From NCBI GenBank assembly GCA_016929445.1, contig JAFGIU010000041.1, positions 1,929 to 65,928 of the forward strand: a stretch of 64,000 bases of DNA, in the 5' to 3' direction. The position numbers were made by a program, and so were the translations under genes. Shown here piece after piece: positions 1 to 8,613 of this stretch (position 1 is the stretch's first letter; each line of letters begins with the position of its first letter). This stretch comes from Candidatus Omnitrophota bacterium. Its GTDB lineage: Bacteria; Omnitrophota; Gorgyraeia; JAFGIU01. Below the pieces are notes generated by a model. The model made no database searches. It was not told the DNA's origin and was given only the letters and a program-made list of their open reading frames with translations.

Positions 1-58
1 AACGTTGCTGTCGTGGTGGGCGTTGCAGCGGGAAGACCCCGGAGTTTTTCTGCGTTAG
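1..58 (+). CDS. 3' end of an upstream gene truncated by the window edge (…TLLSWWALQREDPGVFLR*)
   Basis: Open frame from position 2 to TAG 56-58; too short to assign function. Confidence 0.3.
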   Translation, partial: TLLSWWALQREDPGVFLR

Positions 59-68
59 AATGCCCTCG

Positions 69-1313
69 ATGAAATTCCTGTTCCGATCCCTGCTTCTGGC
101 CCTGCTGCTCAGCTCCTGCGCGCGGGGCCCCGCAAACACCGGCGCAATTACGCTGCGCTTCATGGATGCCCCCGACATCGGTGGCGCATGGGCGCAGCTG
201 ATTGACCGTTTTGAAGCCGCGCACGCGGATATCCATATCGAACTCATCGAGGGGCCTGCTTCCACCAATGCCCGTGAAGAGATTTACACCGAGGCTTTTC
301 TTTCGGGCGAACCCATCTTTGACTTGGTCTACATGGATATCATCTGGCTGGCCCAATTCGCGCATTCAGGCTGGTTGCGATCTTTGATCCCATATATAGA
401 GGAGGATGCGCTCGAAGAGTTTCTCCCAGGCGATGTTGCGGGCTGCAAATATCAGGATGAGCTTTATGCCGTTCCCATGCGTTCGGACACAAGCGTGCTT
501 TACTATCGCAAGGATTTATTGGAAGAGGCAGGGTTTCCCCCGCCTGCGGGATTGCACGAACTGGTGACCGTGGCCAAAAGTCTTCAGGTTCTTCCTTTTC
601 AGTGGGGGTATGTGTTTCAGGGCGCGCAGGATGAAGGCCTTGTCTGTAATTTCTTCGAGTTGCTCTGGGGTATGGGAGGGGATTTGAATCTGGACGGGGG
701 AGAAATCGTTCTCAATACCCCGGAAGCAGTCGAGGCTCTGCGGTGGCAGCAGAACTTGATTCATTTGCACAAGATCAGTCCGCCAGGGGTCACGAAATAT
801 CATGAGGAAGAAACACGCCACATGTTCCATGAGGGCCGCGCTGTGTTTATGCACAATTGGCCTTATGCCTGGATCCTGGCTCAGAAGCCGGACTCCCCGG
901 TGCGGGGAAAGGTGGGGATTTTGCCGCTGCTGCAGCGGGCGGACAAGGAGAGTCCCCCGGTGCTGGGCGGATGGAGGTTCGGGATCTCTGCCTTGAGCGA
1001 GCACCCGGAAGAGGCCTGGGAGTTTATTCGCTTTGCGACAAGCGCGGAAAGCCAGAAACTTTTTCATTTTGCGAACGGCGCGATTCCCACGCGGCGCGCT
1101 TTATTCGAGGATCCGGAAATCCTGCTCGAGAGCCCGCACTATTCAGCGCTCTATCCGGCCCTCCTGAAGGCGCACGCGCGGCCCATGCACCCGAAGTATG
1201 CGCAGGTTTCTGGTGTGCTCCAGCGGCATTTGCACCGGGCCCTGGTCAGCGGTGAAGACCCGCAGAAAGTCCTCAAGGCTGCGGAGGCTGAATTGCTGTC
1301 CACCCTTGACTAG
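69..1313 (+). CDS. ABC transporter carbohydrate substrate-binding lipoprotein (SBP_bac_1-like)
   Basis: Lipobox LLSSC; motifs DLVYMDIIW, LYYRKDLLE, F.EGRAVFMHNWPY, LGGW; ATG 69 preferred over ATG 60. Confidence 0.88.
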   Translation: MKFLFRSLLLALLLSSCARGPANTGAITLRFMDAPDIGGAWAQLIDRFEAAHADIHIELIEGPASTNAREEIYTEAFLSGEPIFDLVYMDIIWLAQFAHSGWLRSLIPYIEEDALEEFLPGDVAGCKYQDELYAVPMRSDTSVLYYRKDLLEEAGFPPPAGLHELVTVAKSLQVLPFQWGYVFQGAQDEGLVCNFFELLWGMGGDLNLDGGEIVLNTPEAVEALRWQQNLIHLHKISPPGVTKYHEEETRHMFHEGRAVFMHNWPYAWILAQKPDSPVRGKVGILPLLQRADKESPPVLGGWRFGISALSEHPEEAWEFIRFATSAESQKLFHFANGAIPTRRALFEDPEILLESPHYSALYPALLKAHARPMHPKYAQVSGVLQRHLHRALVSGEDPQKVLKAAEAELLSTLD

Positions 1314-1342
1314 ATCATTTTGCTAGAATAGCCGCTAAGCCT

Positions 1343-3289
1343 ATGCCCGACTTCAATCACGCCACTGTTGTTTGCTTCGAAAACCGCAAGGCCGAGCGCC
1401 TGGCTGCCCTCGTCCGGGAGCACGGTGGCAATCCTCTCTCCGCGCCGGCCATGCAGGAAATCCGCCTCCAGAAGAACCCCGAGCTCCTGAGTTTCGGAGA
1501 GCGGCTCACGGCCGGGACCATCGACGTTGTCCTGTTTATGAGCGGCGGTGGCGCAGCCCATCTTTTGGACACCCTTTCTGCGATCTACGGAGCAGATGCC
1601 CTTTGCGCAGCTTTAACGAAGACCACTGTTCTGGCGCGCGGCCCAAAATCCGCTGAAGTTCTGAGCGCGGCAGGCCTTAGTGGTTTGCTTGTGGCGCCGG
1701 AGCCCAGTACTTGGCGTGAGGTTCTGGAGGTCCTGGACATGAGCGAGCGCGGCATTGAGTTGGAGGGTAAGTGCGTCGCAGTCCAGGAATCCGGCAGTTC
1801 CAATGCGGCTTTCTTGGCGGAACTTCAGCAACGCGGCGCGCGTGTGGTTCAGGTGCCTATTTATCGTTGGGCTCTTCCGGACGATACGCAGCCGCTCAAG
1901 AATGCGATTCATAGCCTTGCCTCCGGGAAAATTCCCTTTGCGGTCTTTACCAACAGCACGCAGGTGCGTCATGTGATGCGCATCGCCGCGGAGCTGGGAC
2001 TTCAGCCCCAACTCACGGAAGCCTTTCGCAAACACACGGTGGTGGCTTCAATCGGTCCCTCAACCACGGATGTGCTTCAGGAATTGGGGTGGTCTGCGGA
2101 TTGGGAATCGCTCGTGTCGCGCTTGGAGCCCTTGGTCATTGAGCTGGCGCGACATGCGGCCGAGTTGAGGCGCCGGAAGGTGGATCCGGAAGAGGCTGCT
2201 GCCCTTTGGGTGCAGGAGCGTTCGCAGGCCAAGAAAGAATCAGGCCCTGCGAGGAATCGATCCCATTTTCTCTTGGCCTGTTGGGGGGAGCCCACAGAGG
2301 TGACGCCTGTTTGGTTTATGCGCCAGGCCGGGCGCTATATGGAGGAGTACCGCAGGATCCGGGCCAAGGTTCCTTTCCTGCAAATGTGCCGCAATGCGGA
2401 TTTGGTTGCCGAGGTCACGGTTTCAGCGGCCGAGCGCATTGGCGCGGATGCGGCCATTGTGTTCTCCGATATCTTGGTGGTCCTGGAGCCCATGGGTTTG
2501 GGGTTGCGCTACTCGCGCGGCGAAGGGCCGGTGATCGAAGGGCGGATTCGCGGGGCAGAGGATATCCACCGCCTCGGCGAAATCAATGCGCGTGAGAGCC
2601 TGCAATACGTTTTTGACGGAGTGCGGCGGACGCGCGAGGCCTTGGCCGATCATTTGCCGCTCATCGGTTTTTGCGGCGCGCCTTTTACTCTGGCCTCCTA
2701 CATCTTGGAGGGAGGTTCCTCCCGTCAATTTCTCAAGACCAAGCATCTGATGTATACGGATTCCGGGGCCTGGCACGCGCTGATGGGCATTTTGACGCGC
2801 GGGCTCATCCATTATCTCAACGGTCAGATCGAGGCAGGCGCGGACGCAGTTCAGATTTTTGACAGCTGGCTGGGTTGCTTGAGCCCGGAGGATTACCGCG
2901 AGTCTGTGCTGCCTCACACACAGGCGCTTATCCAGGGAGTGCGCGAGGGAGTGCCCGTGATTCATTTTGGAACAGGCACGACTTCAATCCTGGAGGACAT
3001 GCGCCGCGCGGGCGGGCAAGTTATCGGTGTGGACTGGCGTGTGGACCTGGACGCGGCGCGCATCCGCGTGGGTTACGAGCGCTCGGTCCAAGGGAATTTG
3101 GATCCTGCCGTGCTCTGCACGGATTACCCGACCATCCGCCGGCACGTGCGCCGCATTCTGGAGCTCAACGGCGGGCGGCCCGGCCATATCTTTAACCTGG
3201 GACACGGGGTCTTGCCTCAAACACCCGTGGACCATGTTATTGCGGCCATTGACATGGTGCATGAGATGTCATTGCGGGGCGGACGCTAG
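1343..3289 (+). CDS. hemE: Uroporphyrinogen-III synthase (HemD) - uroporphyrinogen decarboxylase (HemE) fusion
   Basis: N-half ARGPK, VPIYRW, FTNSTQV, SIGPST (HemD); C-half PVWFMRQAGRY, FSDIL, GAPFTLASY, QIFDSW, QGNLDP, IFNLGHG (HemE). Confidence 0.92.
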   Translation: MPDFNHATVVCFENRKAERLAALVREHGGNPLSAPAMQEIRLQKNPELLSFGERLTAGTIDVVLFMSGGGAAHLLDTLSAIYGADALCAALTKTTVLARGPKSAEVLSAAGLSGLLVAPEPSTWREVLEVLDMSERGIELEGKCVAVQESGSSNAAFLAELQQRGARVVQVPIYRWALPDDTQPLKNAIHSLASGKIPFAVFTNSTQVRHVMRIAAELGLQPQLTEAFRKHTVVASIGPSTTDVLQELGWSADWESLVSRLEPLVIELARHAAELRRRKVDPEEAAALWVQERSQAKKESGPARNRSHFLLACWGEPTEVTPVWFMRQAGRYMEEYRRIRAKVPFLQMCRNADLVAEVTVSAAERIGADAAIVFSDILVVLEPMGLGLRYSRGEGPVIEGRIRGAEDIHRLGEINARESLQYVFDGVRRTREALADHLPLIGFCGAPFTLASYILEGGSSRQFLKTKHLMYTDSGAWHALMGILTRGLIHYLNGQIEAGADAVQIFDSWLGCLSPEDYRESVLPHTQALIQGVREGVPVIHFGTGTTSILEDMRRAGGQVIGVDWRVDLDAARIRVGYERSVQGNLDPAVLCTDYPTIRRHVRRILELNGGRPGHIFNLGHGVLPQTPVDHVIAAIDMVHEMSLRGGR

Positions 3290-3305
3290 GGAGGAGCGGC
3301 AATCG

Positions 3306-4223
3306 ATGCCCTATGACCACATTCTCCTAATCGGATATGGGGCCCCGGAGCAGCCTGACGACGTGTTGCCTTTTTTAGAGGAGGCCACACGCGGCGTGCG
3401 GGTTTCGCGGGAACGTCTGGAAGAGGTGCGCTCCCATTACGATCTTTTGGGCGGGGCTTCGCCTTACAACGGGGCTTGCTACCGGCTTTGCAACCAACTC
3501 TTCGAGGCGCTCGGCGGGTCTGTTCCTGTTTATGTGGGCATGAAGAACTGGCATCCCTTCTTGAAGGACACGCTGCGCGCTATTGGCGAGGCCGGGGGCA
3601 AACGCGGTTTGGGTCTGGTGTTGGCCCCGCATCGTTCGGAGGCGAGTTTTGACCGCTATGTGCAGGCGGTGAATCAGGCTCAGAAGGATGCCCGACTCCA
3701 GGGGCTTTCCTATACCTACCCGGCGCCCTGGCACGAGGACGCGCGATTCGTGGAGGCCTGGGCTCATCAGGTGCGCATGGAACTCGGCCGCTTGCGCAGC
3801 GAAGCCTTTCCGGAACCTGTTCTTCTCTTTAGCGCGCACTCCATTCCCACGGACATGGCGGAAAAATCAAATTACGCGGCGGAGTTTCGCGCCACAGCCG
3901 GGGCGGTTGCGCAGGCCGCGGGCGTGCGCCCGGATCGCATTGCGCTGGCTTACCAGTCGCGCAGCGGGAACCCCAAACAACCCTGGTTGGAGCCCGATGT
4001 GTTGCAGGCAGCGAAGGCCTTGGCTGATAAGGGAGAGACCTGTGTGCTTACTGTGCCTGTGGGATTTTTGTGTGAGAACGTGGAGATCCTGTATGACTTG
4101 GATACCGAGTTGAGGGAGGAATGTGTGCGTTTGGGTATGCAATATGCACGGGCCGGCACGGTAATGGATCATCCGAAGTTTCTGGAAATGCTCGCTGGAT
4201 ATTTGACACCACAGTCCGGTTAG
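3306..4223 (+). CDS. hemH: Ferrochelatase
   Basis: GGASP, GMKNWHPF, LFSAHSIP, YQSRSG..PWLEPD, PVGFLCENVEILYDLD; SD-like GGAGGAG before ATG 3306 (ORF track extension to 2967 overlaps hemE). Confidence 0.92.
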   Translation: MPYDHILLIGYGAPEQPDDVLPFLEEATRGVRVSRERLEEVRSHYDLLGGASPYNGACYRLCNQLFEALGGSVPVYVGMKNWHPFLKDTLRAIGEAGGKRGLGLVLAPHRSEASFDRYVQAVNQAQKDARLQGLSYTYPAPWHEDARFVEAWAHQVRMELGRLRSEAFPEPVLLFSAHSIPTDMAEKSNYAAEFRATAGAVAQAAGVRPDRIALAYQSRSGNPKQPWLEPDVLQAAKALADKGETCVLTVPVGFLCENVEILYDLDTELREECVRLGMQYARAGTVMDHPKFLEMLAGYLTPQSG

Positions 4224-4261
4224 CCGCTCACCCTGAGGAGCCGCATAGCGGCCTCTAATCC

Positions 4262-4317
4262 GGGGACAGGTCTCGCCAACCGCTTATACACCAATAAGTT
4301 GTATGAGAACCGTCCCC
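4262..4317. repeat. 56-bp dispersed element copy 1 (13-bp inverted arms, 30-bp spacer)
   Basis: ggggacaggtctc-N30-gagaaccgtcccc. Confidence 0.85.
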
Positions 4318-4325
4318 GTATAGAA

Positions 4326-4907
4326 CTATCCGAAATAATCCGGCTCGTTCCCCGGCTTCCACTTAATATTGCAGCCCATGCTCGGTTTCTGATTTCCGTC
4401 CACAGTCCCGTTGATGACCACGGCGTCCATGGCCGCGCGCAGGTCTTTCCCTGTGACAGGTTTGCCGTTTTCCGGCCGGCTGTCGTCCAATTGTCCCCGG
4501 TAGGTGAGCTTGTGATTTGCGTTAAACAAAAAGAAGTCCGGGGTGCACGCAGCGGTGTAGGCCTTGGCTACTTCCTGGGTTTCGTCATAGAGCAGGGGAA
4601 AGGCGAAACCGAGCTGCTGCGCCATTTTCTTGAGCTTGTCCGGGGAGTCCTCAGGATGCGTGCCCACAAAGTTGGAGCTGATGGCGACAATAGCAACGTC
4701 CTTGTTTGCGTAATCCCTGCCGAGTCGTGCCAGCTCCTTCTGGACATGGACCACATAGGGGCAGTGCTTGCAGATGAACATGACCAAGAGGGCTGCCTTG
4801 TCCTTAGAGTCCTTGAGAGAGACTGTTTTTCCTGTGACCACATCCGGCAGGCTAAAATCCGGTGCCGCTGTGCCCAAAGCCAACATTGTCGATGGTGTGA
4901 GTGCCAC
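4326..4907 (-). CDS. Thioredoxin-family / AhpC-TSA peroxiredoxin-like protein
   Basis: APDFSLPD, MFICKHCPYV, AACTPDFF, YRGQLDD, PSMGCNIKW; GTG start with SD. Confidence 0.9.
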   Translation of the reverse strand: MALTPSTMLALGTAAPDFSLPDVVTGKTVSLKDSKDKAALLVMFICKHCPYVVHVQKELARLGRDYANKDVAIVAISSNFVGTHPEDSPDKLKKMAQQLGFAFPLLYDETQEVAKAYTAACTPDFFLFNANHKLTYRGQLDDSRPENGKPVTGKDLRAAMDAVVINGTVDGNQKPSMGCNIKWKPGNEPDYFG

Positions 4908-4938
4908 ATGTATTCCTTCTGTTTCACGAACGTTTCAC

Positions 4939-4977
4939 GGTGCCAGGCACCGGTGCCTGGCACCCGTGCCTGGCACC
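4939..4977. repeat. Array of three 13-bp palindromic units GGTG(C/T)C(A/T)GGCACC
   Basis: ggtgccaggcacc ggtgcctggcacc cgtgcctggcacc, preceded by cgtttcac. Confidence 0.85.
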
Positions 4978-5037
4978 ATTGTACTGGGGGGGCTGGATTT
5001 GGAAAGGGGCAGGGGAGAAAAATACTTACAAAAGAGA

Positions 5038-5066
5038 TTGATTAACTATGTGTGTAGTGGTATGCT
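5038..5066 (+). promoter_or_regulatory. Putative sigma70 promoter for the 5105 gene
   Basis: TTGATT-N17-TATGCT with TG extension in an AT-rich intergenic stretch. Confidence 0.5.
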
Positions 5067-5104
5067 TAGACTATTCTGTCCCTCTGAATGTCCTTGGAAA
5101 TAAA

Positions 5105-7021
5105 ATGGAGCCTATTGTGATAAAACAAGTTACACGTGTTGGACTCATTGCATGTCTTCTCTCTGTTGCTTGGGCCTTTGCCCCCACTAACTCGTCTTTT
5201 GGCGCCCCAACCCCCCAACATCTGGCAACCACCCCCACTTTTGGAGCAGAAGAGATCCAGCGCACCTGGAATGCCTGGGCCCTGCAGCCGGAGGTGCTTC
5301 AGAGAATCGCAGAGCTCAGTAAAGAAAGCAGGCAGGCCTTTGATGCCCTGGGCCTGACGGATTTTCGCGACCGTGTGGCCCTGGTTTTGGCGCGTGCAGC
5401 TGTTGAACGCGGAGTCCATACAGAACTTGCCATGCGACCTGAGCGAATCGGTGCACTGGGAGGAATGCTGGGCCGTGAAATTGACGGGGAACTGGCTCCG
5501 TATCTCTCCGCTCTCCTTGATTTGGGAACTCCATCCGAAGATCCAGAGAGGGATAAGCTGATCCAAGCCTGGCAGGAACTCCTCCCATTCCGCGCAGCCG
5601 GCGGTCTCCCCAGTGTTGGTATGGTGATCGGTGGAACGAATGTACGGGCGGGGGCTATGACAGAGACCGCAGTAGTGAGGGTAAAGTCCCGTGCATGGCG
5701 CGATGTCCAAATCAACGAACGCACAGTGGCACACGAACGGGCGAAAATTCAGCGAGACTTCATGTTAGAGGATCTACGCGAAGAACTTAAGCATCTCCTC
5801 GGGGATCTTAGCCTCTCTGCCGCAGACATCGGCAAAATCGGTGTGTCCTGGGCTGCCCCCGGAAGATACGAAGAGGGCCTGGTGTATATGACTCCAAAGA
5901 CTCCAGCCTTCATGCCTGAGCACATGGGGTATTACGTCGTATCAGATCCCTATATTGTCCGGCACACAGATGGGCAAGTGTACTTCGATCTCCGTCGTTG
6001 GCTTCAGGAGACAATTCGCATGGTATTCCCGGGCGCCCCCAAGGTCGAAGTGGAGATCCTGCACGATGGCGCGGCCGCAATCTCGGGAGAATTGCCTTAC
6101 CAAGTCCGCACCGGGGCGCTAAAGGCAGAGTACCTTGATGGTCATGCGGTGTATGGAGGCGTGGTCTGGCCCGGATCTGAAAATGAGCGAGTTATCCAGT
6201 TCGGGATCGGAGAAGTAGGTTTGACCACTTATGCCGCAGAGATGCGCGGCACTCAAACAACGGAAGCCATGCGGTTGGATCCGCAAGTATATTTCGAGGG
6301 TTCAAAGCCCCAAGAGGGCGAGGCGTCCCTGGAACACTGGGTGGGGGGCGTGGCTGTGGCCCGGCGATTTGTCCAGGCCGTTGAGGATTCTGTGAATGGG
6401 AATGAGGCTGCTGTACAAACCTTCTTTGGCACTGATCTAAGCCTTGCCGAGCTGTACAAAGGCTGTTCGAAAAACGGCGATGAGCGCGACGATGAGGTGA
6501 GTGACATGGTCCTCAAAAAATGGGGGCAAGAGCTCAAGACCCAAGGAGAGAATTCGATTGCATGGACGCTCATGGAAGCTGTGGCTGAAGACGAAGGCCG
6601 TGCGCTTGCCTTACTGCTGCATGCATATCCCAAGGGGTACGCGCTGGGTTTGATCAACGGCACGGGCATCGGATGCGGTTTTTACAAGCTGGACAATGCA
6701 GAACTGCCTACTGTTATCACTCTTGTGGGAGGCTTTCATGAGAAGGCTGCCACAAATCTGATCGAAGGAACAGACGATCCCTTTATGGGGCTCTTGTGGG
6801 CTGCCGCCGGAAAATGGCTCCGGGAGTTCGGCGCAACAGAGGCTGAGCAGCAGAATCTGCCTGGAAGGATCATCCGCTCCACCAACAATCCCGGGCTGCG
6901 GGACCTTCAGGCCTTTCTCGCCGAGCGGCCTCCGGTTTTAATCGAAGCAGACATCCCGCCGGCGACTGAGAGTATCCGCATTGAAGTCCGAGTTCAGAGA
7001 GACCTGGACAGCTCGATCTAG
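5105..7021 (+). CDS. Secreted modular protein with divergent ROK/glucokinase-like domain; C-terminus LDSSI
   Basis: Hydrophobic signal VGLIACLLSVAWAFA; IGGTNVR, AAPG, HDGAAAISGE, GEVG, LEHWVGG, GTGIGCG, LVGG. Confidence 0.7.
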   Translation: MEPIVIKQVTRVGLIACLLSVAWAFAPTNSSFGAPTPQHLATTPTFGAEEIQRTWNAWALQPEVLQRIAELSKESRQAFDALGLTDFRDRVALVLARAAVERGVHTELAMRPERIGALGGMLGREIDGELAPYLSALLDLGTPSEDPERDKLIQAWQELLPFRAAGGLPSVGMVIGGTNVRAGAMTETAVVRVKSRAWRDVQINERTVAHERAKIQRDFMLEDLREELKHLLGDLSLSAADIGKIGVSWAAPGRYEEGLVYMTPKTPAFMPEHMGYYVVSDPYIVRHTDGQVYFDLRRWLQETIRMVFPGAPKVEVEILHDGAAAISGELPYQVRTGALKAEYLDGHAVYGGVVWPGSENERVIQFGIGEVGLTTYAAEMRGTQTTEAMRLDPQVYFEGSKPQEGEASLEHWVGGVAVARRFVQAVEDSVNGNEAAVQTFFGTDLSLAELYKGCSKNGDERDDEVSDMVLKKWGQELKTQGENSIAWTLMEAVAEDEGRALALLLHAYPKGYALGLINGTGIGCGFYKLDNAELPTVITLVGGFHEKAATNLIEGTDDPFMGLLWAAAGKWLREFGATEAEQQNLPGRIIRSTNNPGLRDLQAFLAERPPVLIEADIPPATESIRIEVRVQRDLDSSI

Positions 7022-7025
7022 ACCG

Positions 7026-8315
7026 CTATTGCGTTGCCGTAAAGAATTTCTTGGTGCCCTTGGCCTCGATGGCGGCGCCGATCCGGTTCAACGCATGCGC
7101 GTAGGCCGCGGTGCGCATATCAATCTGCTTCTCTTCCATAAAACGCCAGATGTTTTCGGTCTCAGCCACCATGCGCTCCTTGAGCAGGCTGTTGACCTTG
7201 TCCTCGGACCAATAGAAGCCTTGCCGGTTTTGCACCCATTCAAAATAGCTCACGGTTACGCCACCGGCATTGGTGAGGATATCCGGCACCACGAGTTTGC
7301 CTTTGTTATTGAGGATTTCATCCGCGGCCGGGGTTGTGGGGCCGTTGGCGACCTCAAAGATGTACTTGGCCTTGATTCGATCGGCATTCTCTGCCGTGAT
7401 CTGGTTCTCCAGGGCCGAGGGCGCCAGGATATCCACGTCCAACTCCAACAGCTCTTCGTTAGTCAAAGTCTGGTGCTCCTCGATATGACACACGGAGCCT
7501 TCACAGTACACGGCCTTGAGTTGTTTTCGTTTTTCCTTGAACCGGCGCACCATGGGAATGTCCAAACCTTGCTCGGCATACACGCCGCCTTTGGAATCAC
7601 TCACCGCAATGATTTTGTAACCTGCTTCGTGCAACAGCTCGGCCAAAATCCCGCCCGCATTTCCAAAACCTTGAATGGCCACGGTCGTGTCTTGCGGCGC
7701 CTTGCCCAACTTAGGCATGATTGCCTCGATCGTGAAGAATGCCCCGCGCGCAGTGGCTGACTCGCGACCCAGGCTGCCGCCCATGGGAATGGGTTTGCCG
7801 GTGATGACTGCAGGTACGTGCTTATGATTAATAATGCCGTATTCATCGAGCATCCAACCCATGATCATCTGATTGGTGTAGACATCGGGCGCGGGGATGT
7901 CGCGGTCCGGGCCGATCATGATATTGACCGCATCAATATAGCCGCGGCTCAGGCGCTCCAGCTCAAAGCGGGAAAGCTCCTTGGGATTGACCCTGATTCC
8001 CCCTTTGCCCCCGCCAAAAGGCAGGTTGAGCGCCGCGCACTTAAAAGTCATCCAAAACGCGAGAGAGGTGACCTCATCCATATTGACGCCCGGATGAAAA
8101 CGGATTCCGCCCTTGGTCGGGCCGAGGGAATCGTCGTATCGCACGCGATATCCCGGAAAGACTTTTAAATCCCCGGTATCCATGCGCACAGGAATTGAAA
8201 CCTTCAATGCGCTCTTCGGATACTTCAATCTTTCAATGGCATCCGGCGGCACGGTCGCATGCGCGAGCGCCTTGACCACGCGTTGGCTAGCTTCCGCAAA
8301 TAGACTTTGCTCCAC
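7026..8315 (-). CDS. gdhA: Glu/Leu/Phe/Val dehydrogenase (glutamate dehydrogenase)
   Basis: GPTKGGIRFHP, GGGKGG, DIPAPDV, GKPI..GGSLGR, QGFGNAG, EVANGP, NAGGVTVSYFEW; GTG 8315 with SD AAAGGAG. Confidence 0.93.
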   Translation of the reverse strand: MEQSLFAEASQRVVKALAHATVPPDAIERLKYPKSALKVSIPVRMDTGDLKVFPGYRVRYDDSLGPTKGGIRFHPGVNMDEVTSLAFWMTFKCAALNLPFGGGKGGIRVNPKELSRFELERLSRGYIDAVNIMIGPDRDIPAPDVYTNQMIMGWMLDEYGIINHKHVPAVITGKPIPMGGSLGRESATARGAFFTIEAIMPKLGKAPQDTTVAIQGFGNAGGILAELLHEAGYKIIAVSDSKGGVYAEQGLDIPMVRRFKEKRKQLKAVYCEGSVCHIEEHQTLTNEELLELDVDILAPSALENQITAENADRIKAKYIFEVANGPTTPAADEILNNKGKLVVPDILTNAGGVTVSYFEWVQNRQGFYWSEDKVNSLLKERMVAETENIWRFMEEKQIDMRTAAYAHALNRIGAAIEAKGTKKFFTATQ

Positions 8316-8343
8316 TCCGGCAGCTCCTTTGCTGATGAAGTCA

Positions 8344-8374
8344 AGGGACATATCTACGAAGGAGATGTGTCCCT
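8344..8374. repeat. Hairpin with GGGAC/GTCCC arms next to 56-bp element copy 2
   Basis: agggacatatct-acgaagg-agatgtgtccct. Confidence 0.6.
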
Positions 8375-8384
8375 CAGGACTTGA

Positions 8385-8440
8385 GGGGACGGTTCTCACA
8401 GAACTGGATGCAGCGAAAAAGGCTAGCGAGAACCGTCCCT
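8385..8440. repeat. 56-bp dispersed element copy 2
   Basis: ggggacggttctc-N30-gagaaccgtccct. Confidence 0.85.
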
Positions 8441-8613
8441 AATCTTGACTCATTCTAACCGCTGAATGCTGAATTCGCATTAGAGTTTGTAACTTATTTG
8501 CAAACAAGTATTTAGAAAGAGGATCTCAAATTCTTGAATGCCGTCCTGAAGCTTATTTAGATGATATACTTTGTTGTAAATATACTAATTGGCACAAGTT
8601 ATACGAAACTGTG

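Noticed and set aside
2967-3305. N-terminal extension of hemH in the ORF track
   Set aside because: Overlaps hemE in another frame; SD and homology begin at ATG 3306
4224-4256. gctcaccctgaggagccgcatagcggcctc after hemH as terminator or REP remnant
   Set aside because: Short stem, no U-tract, single copy in the window; cannot be classified
4299-5045. 248-aa plus-strand ORF
   Set aside because: Antisense shadow of the thioredoxin-like gene that runs through repeats
8316-8399. Longer gdhA N-terminus (MRTVPSS…)
   Set aside because: Translates repeat DNA; SD supports GTG 8315
8486-8520. AT-rich gtaacttatttgcaaacaagtatttag as a dif or att site
   Set aside because: Does not match the 11-6-11 XerC/XerD consensus well and no recombinase is adjacent
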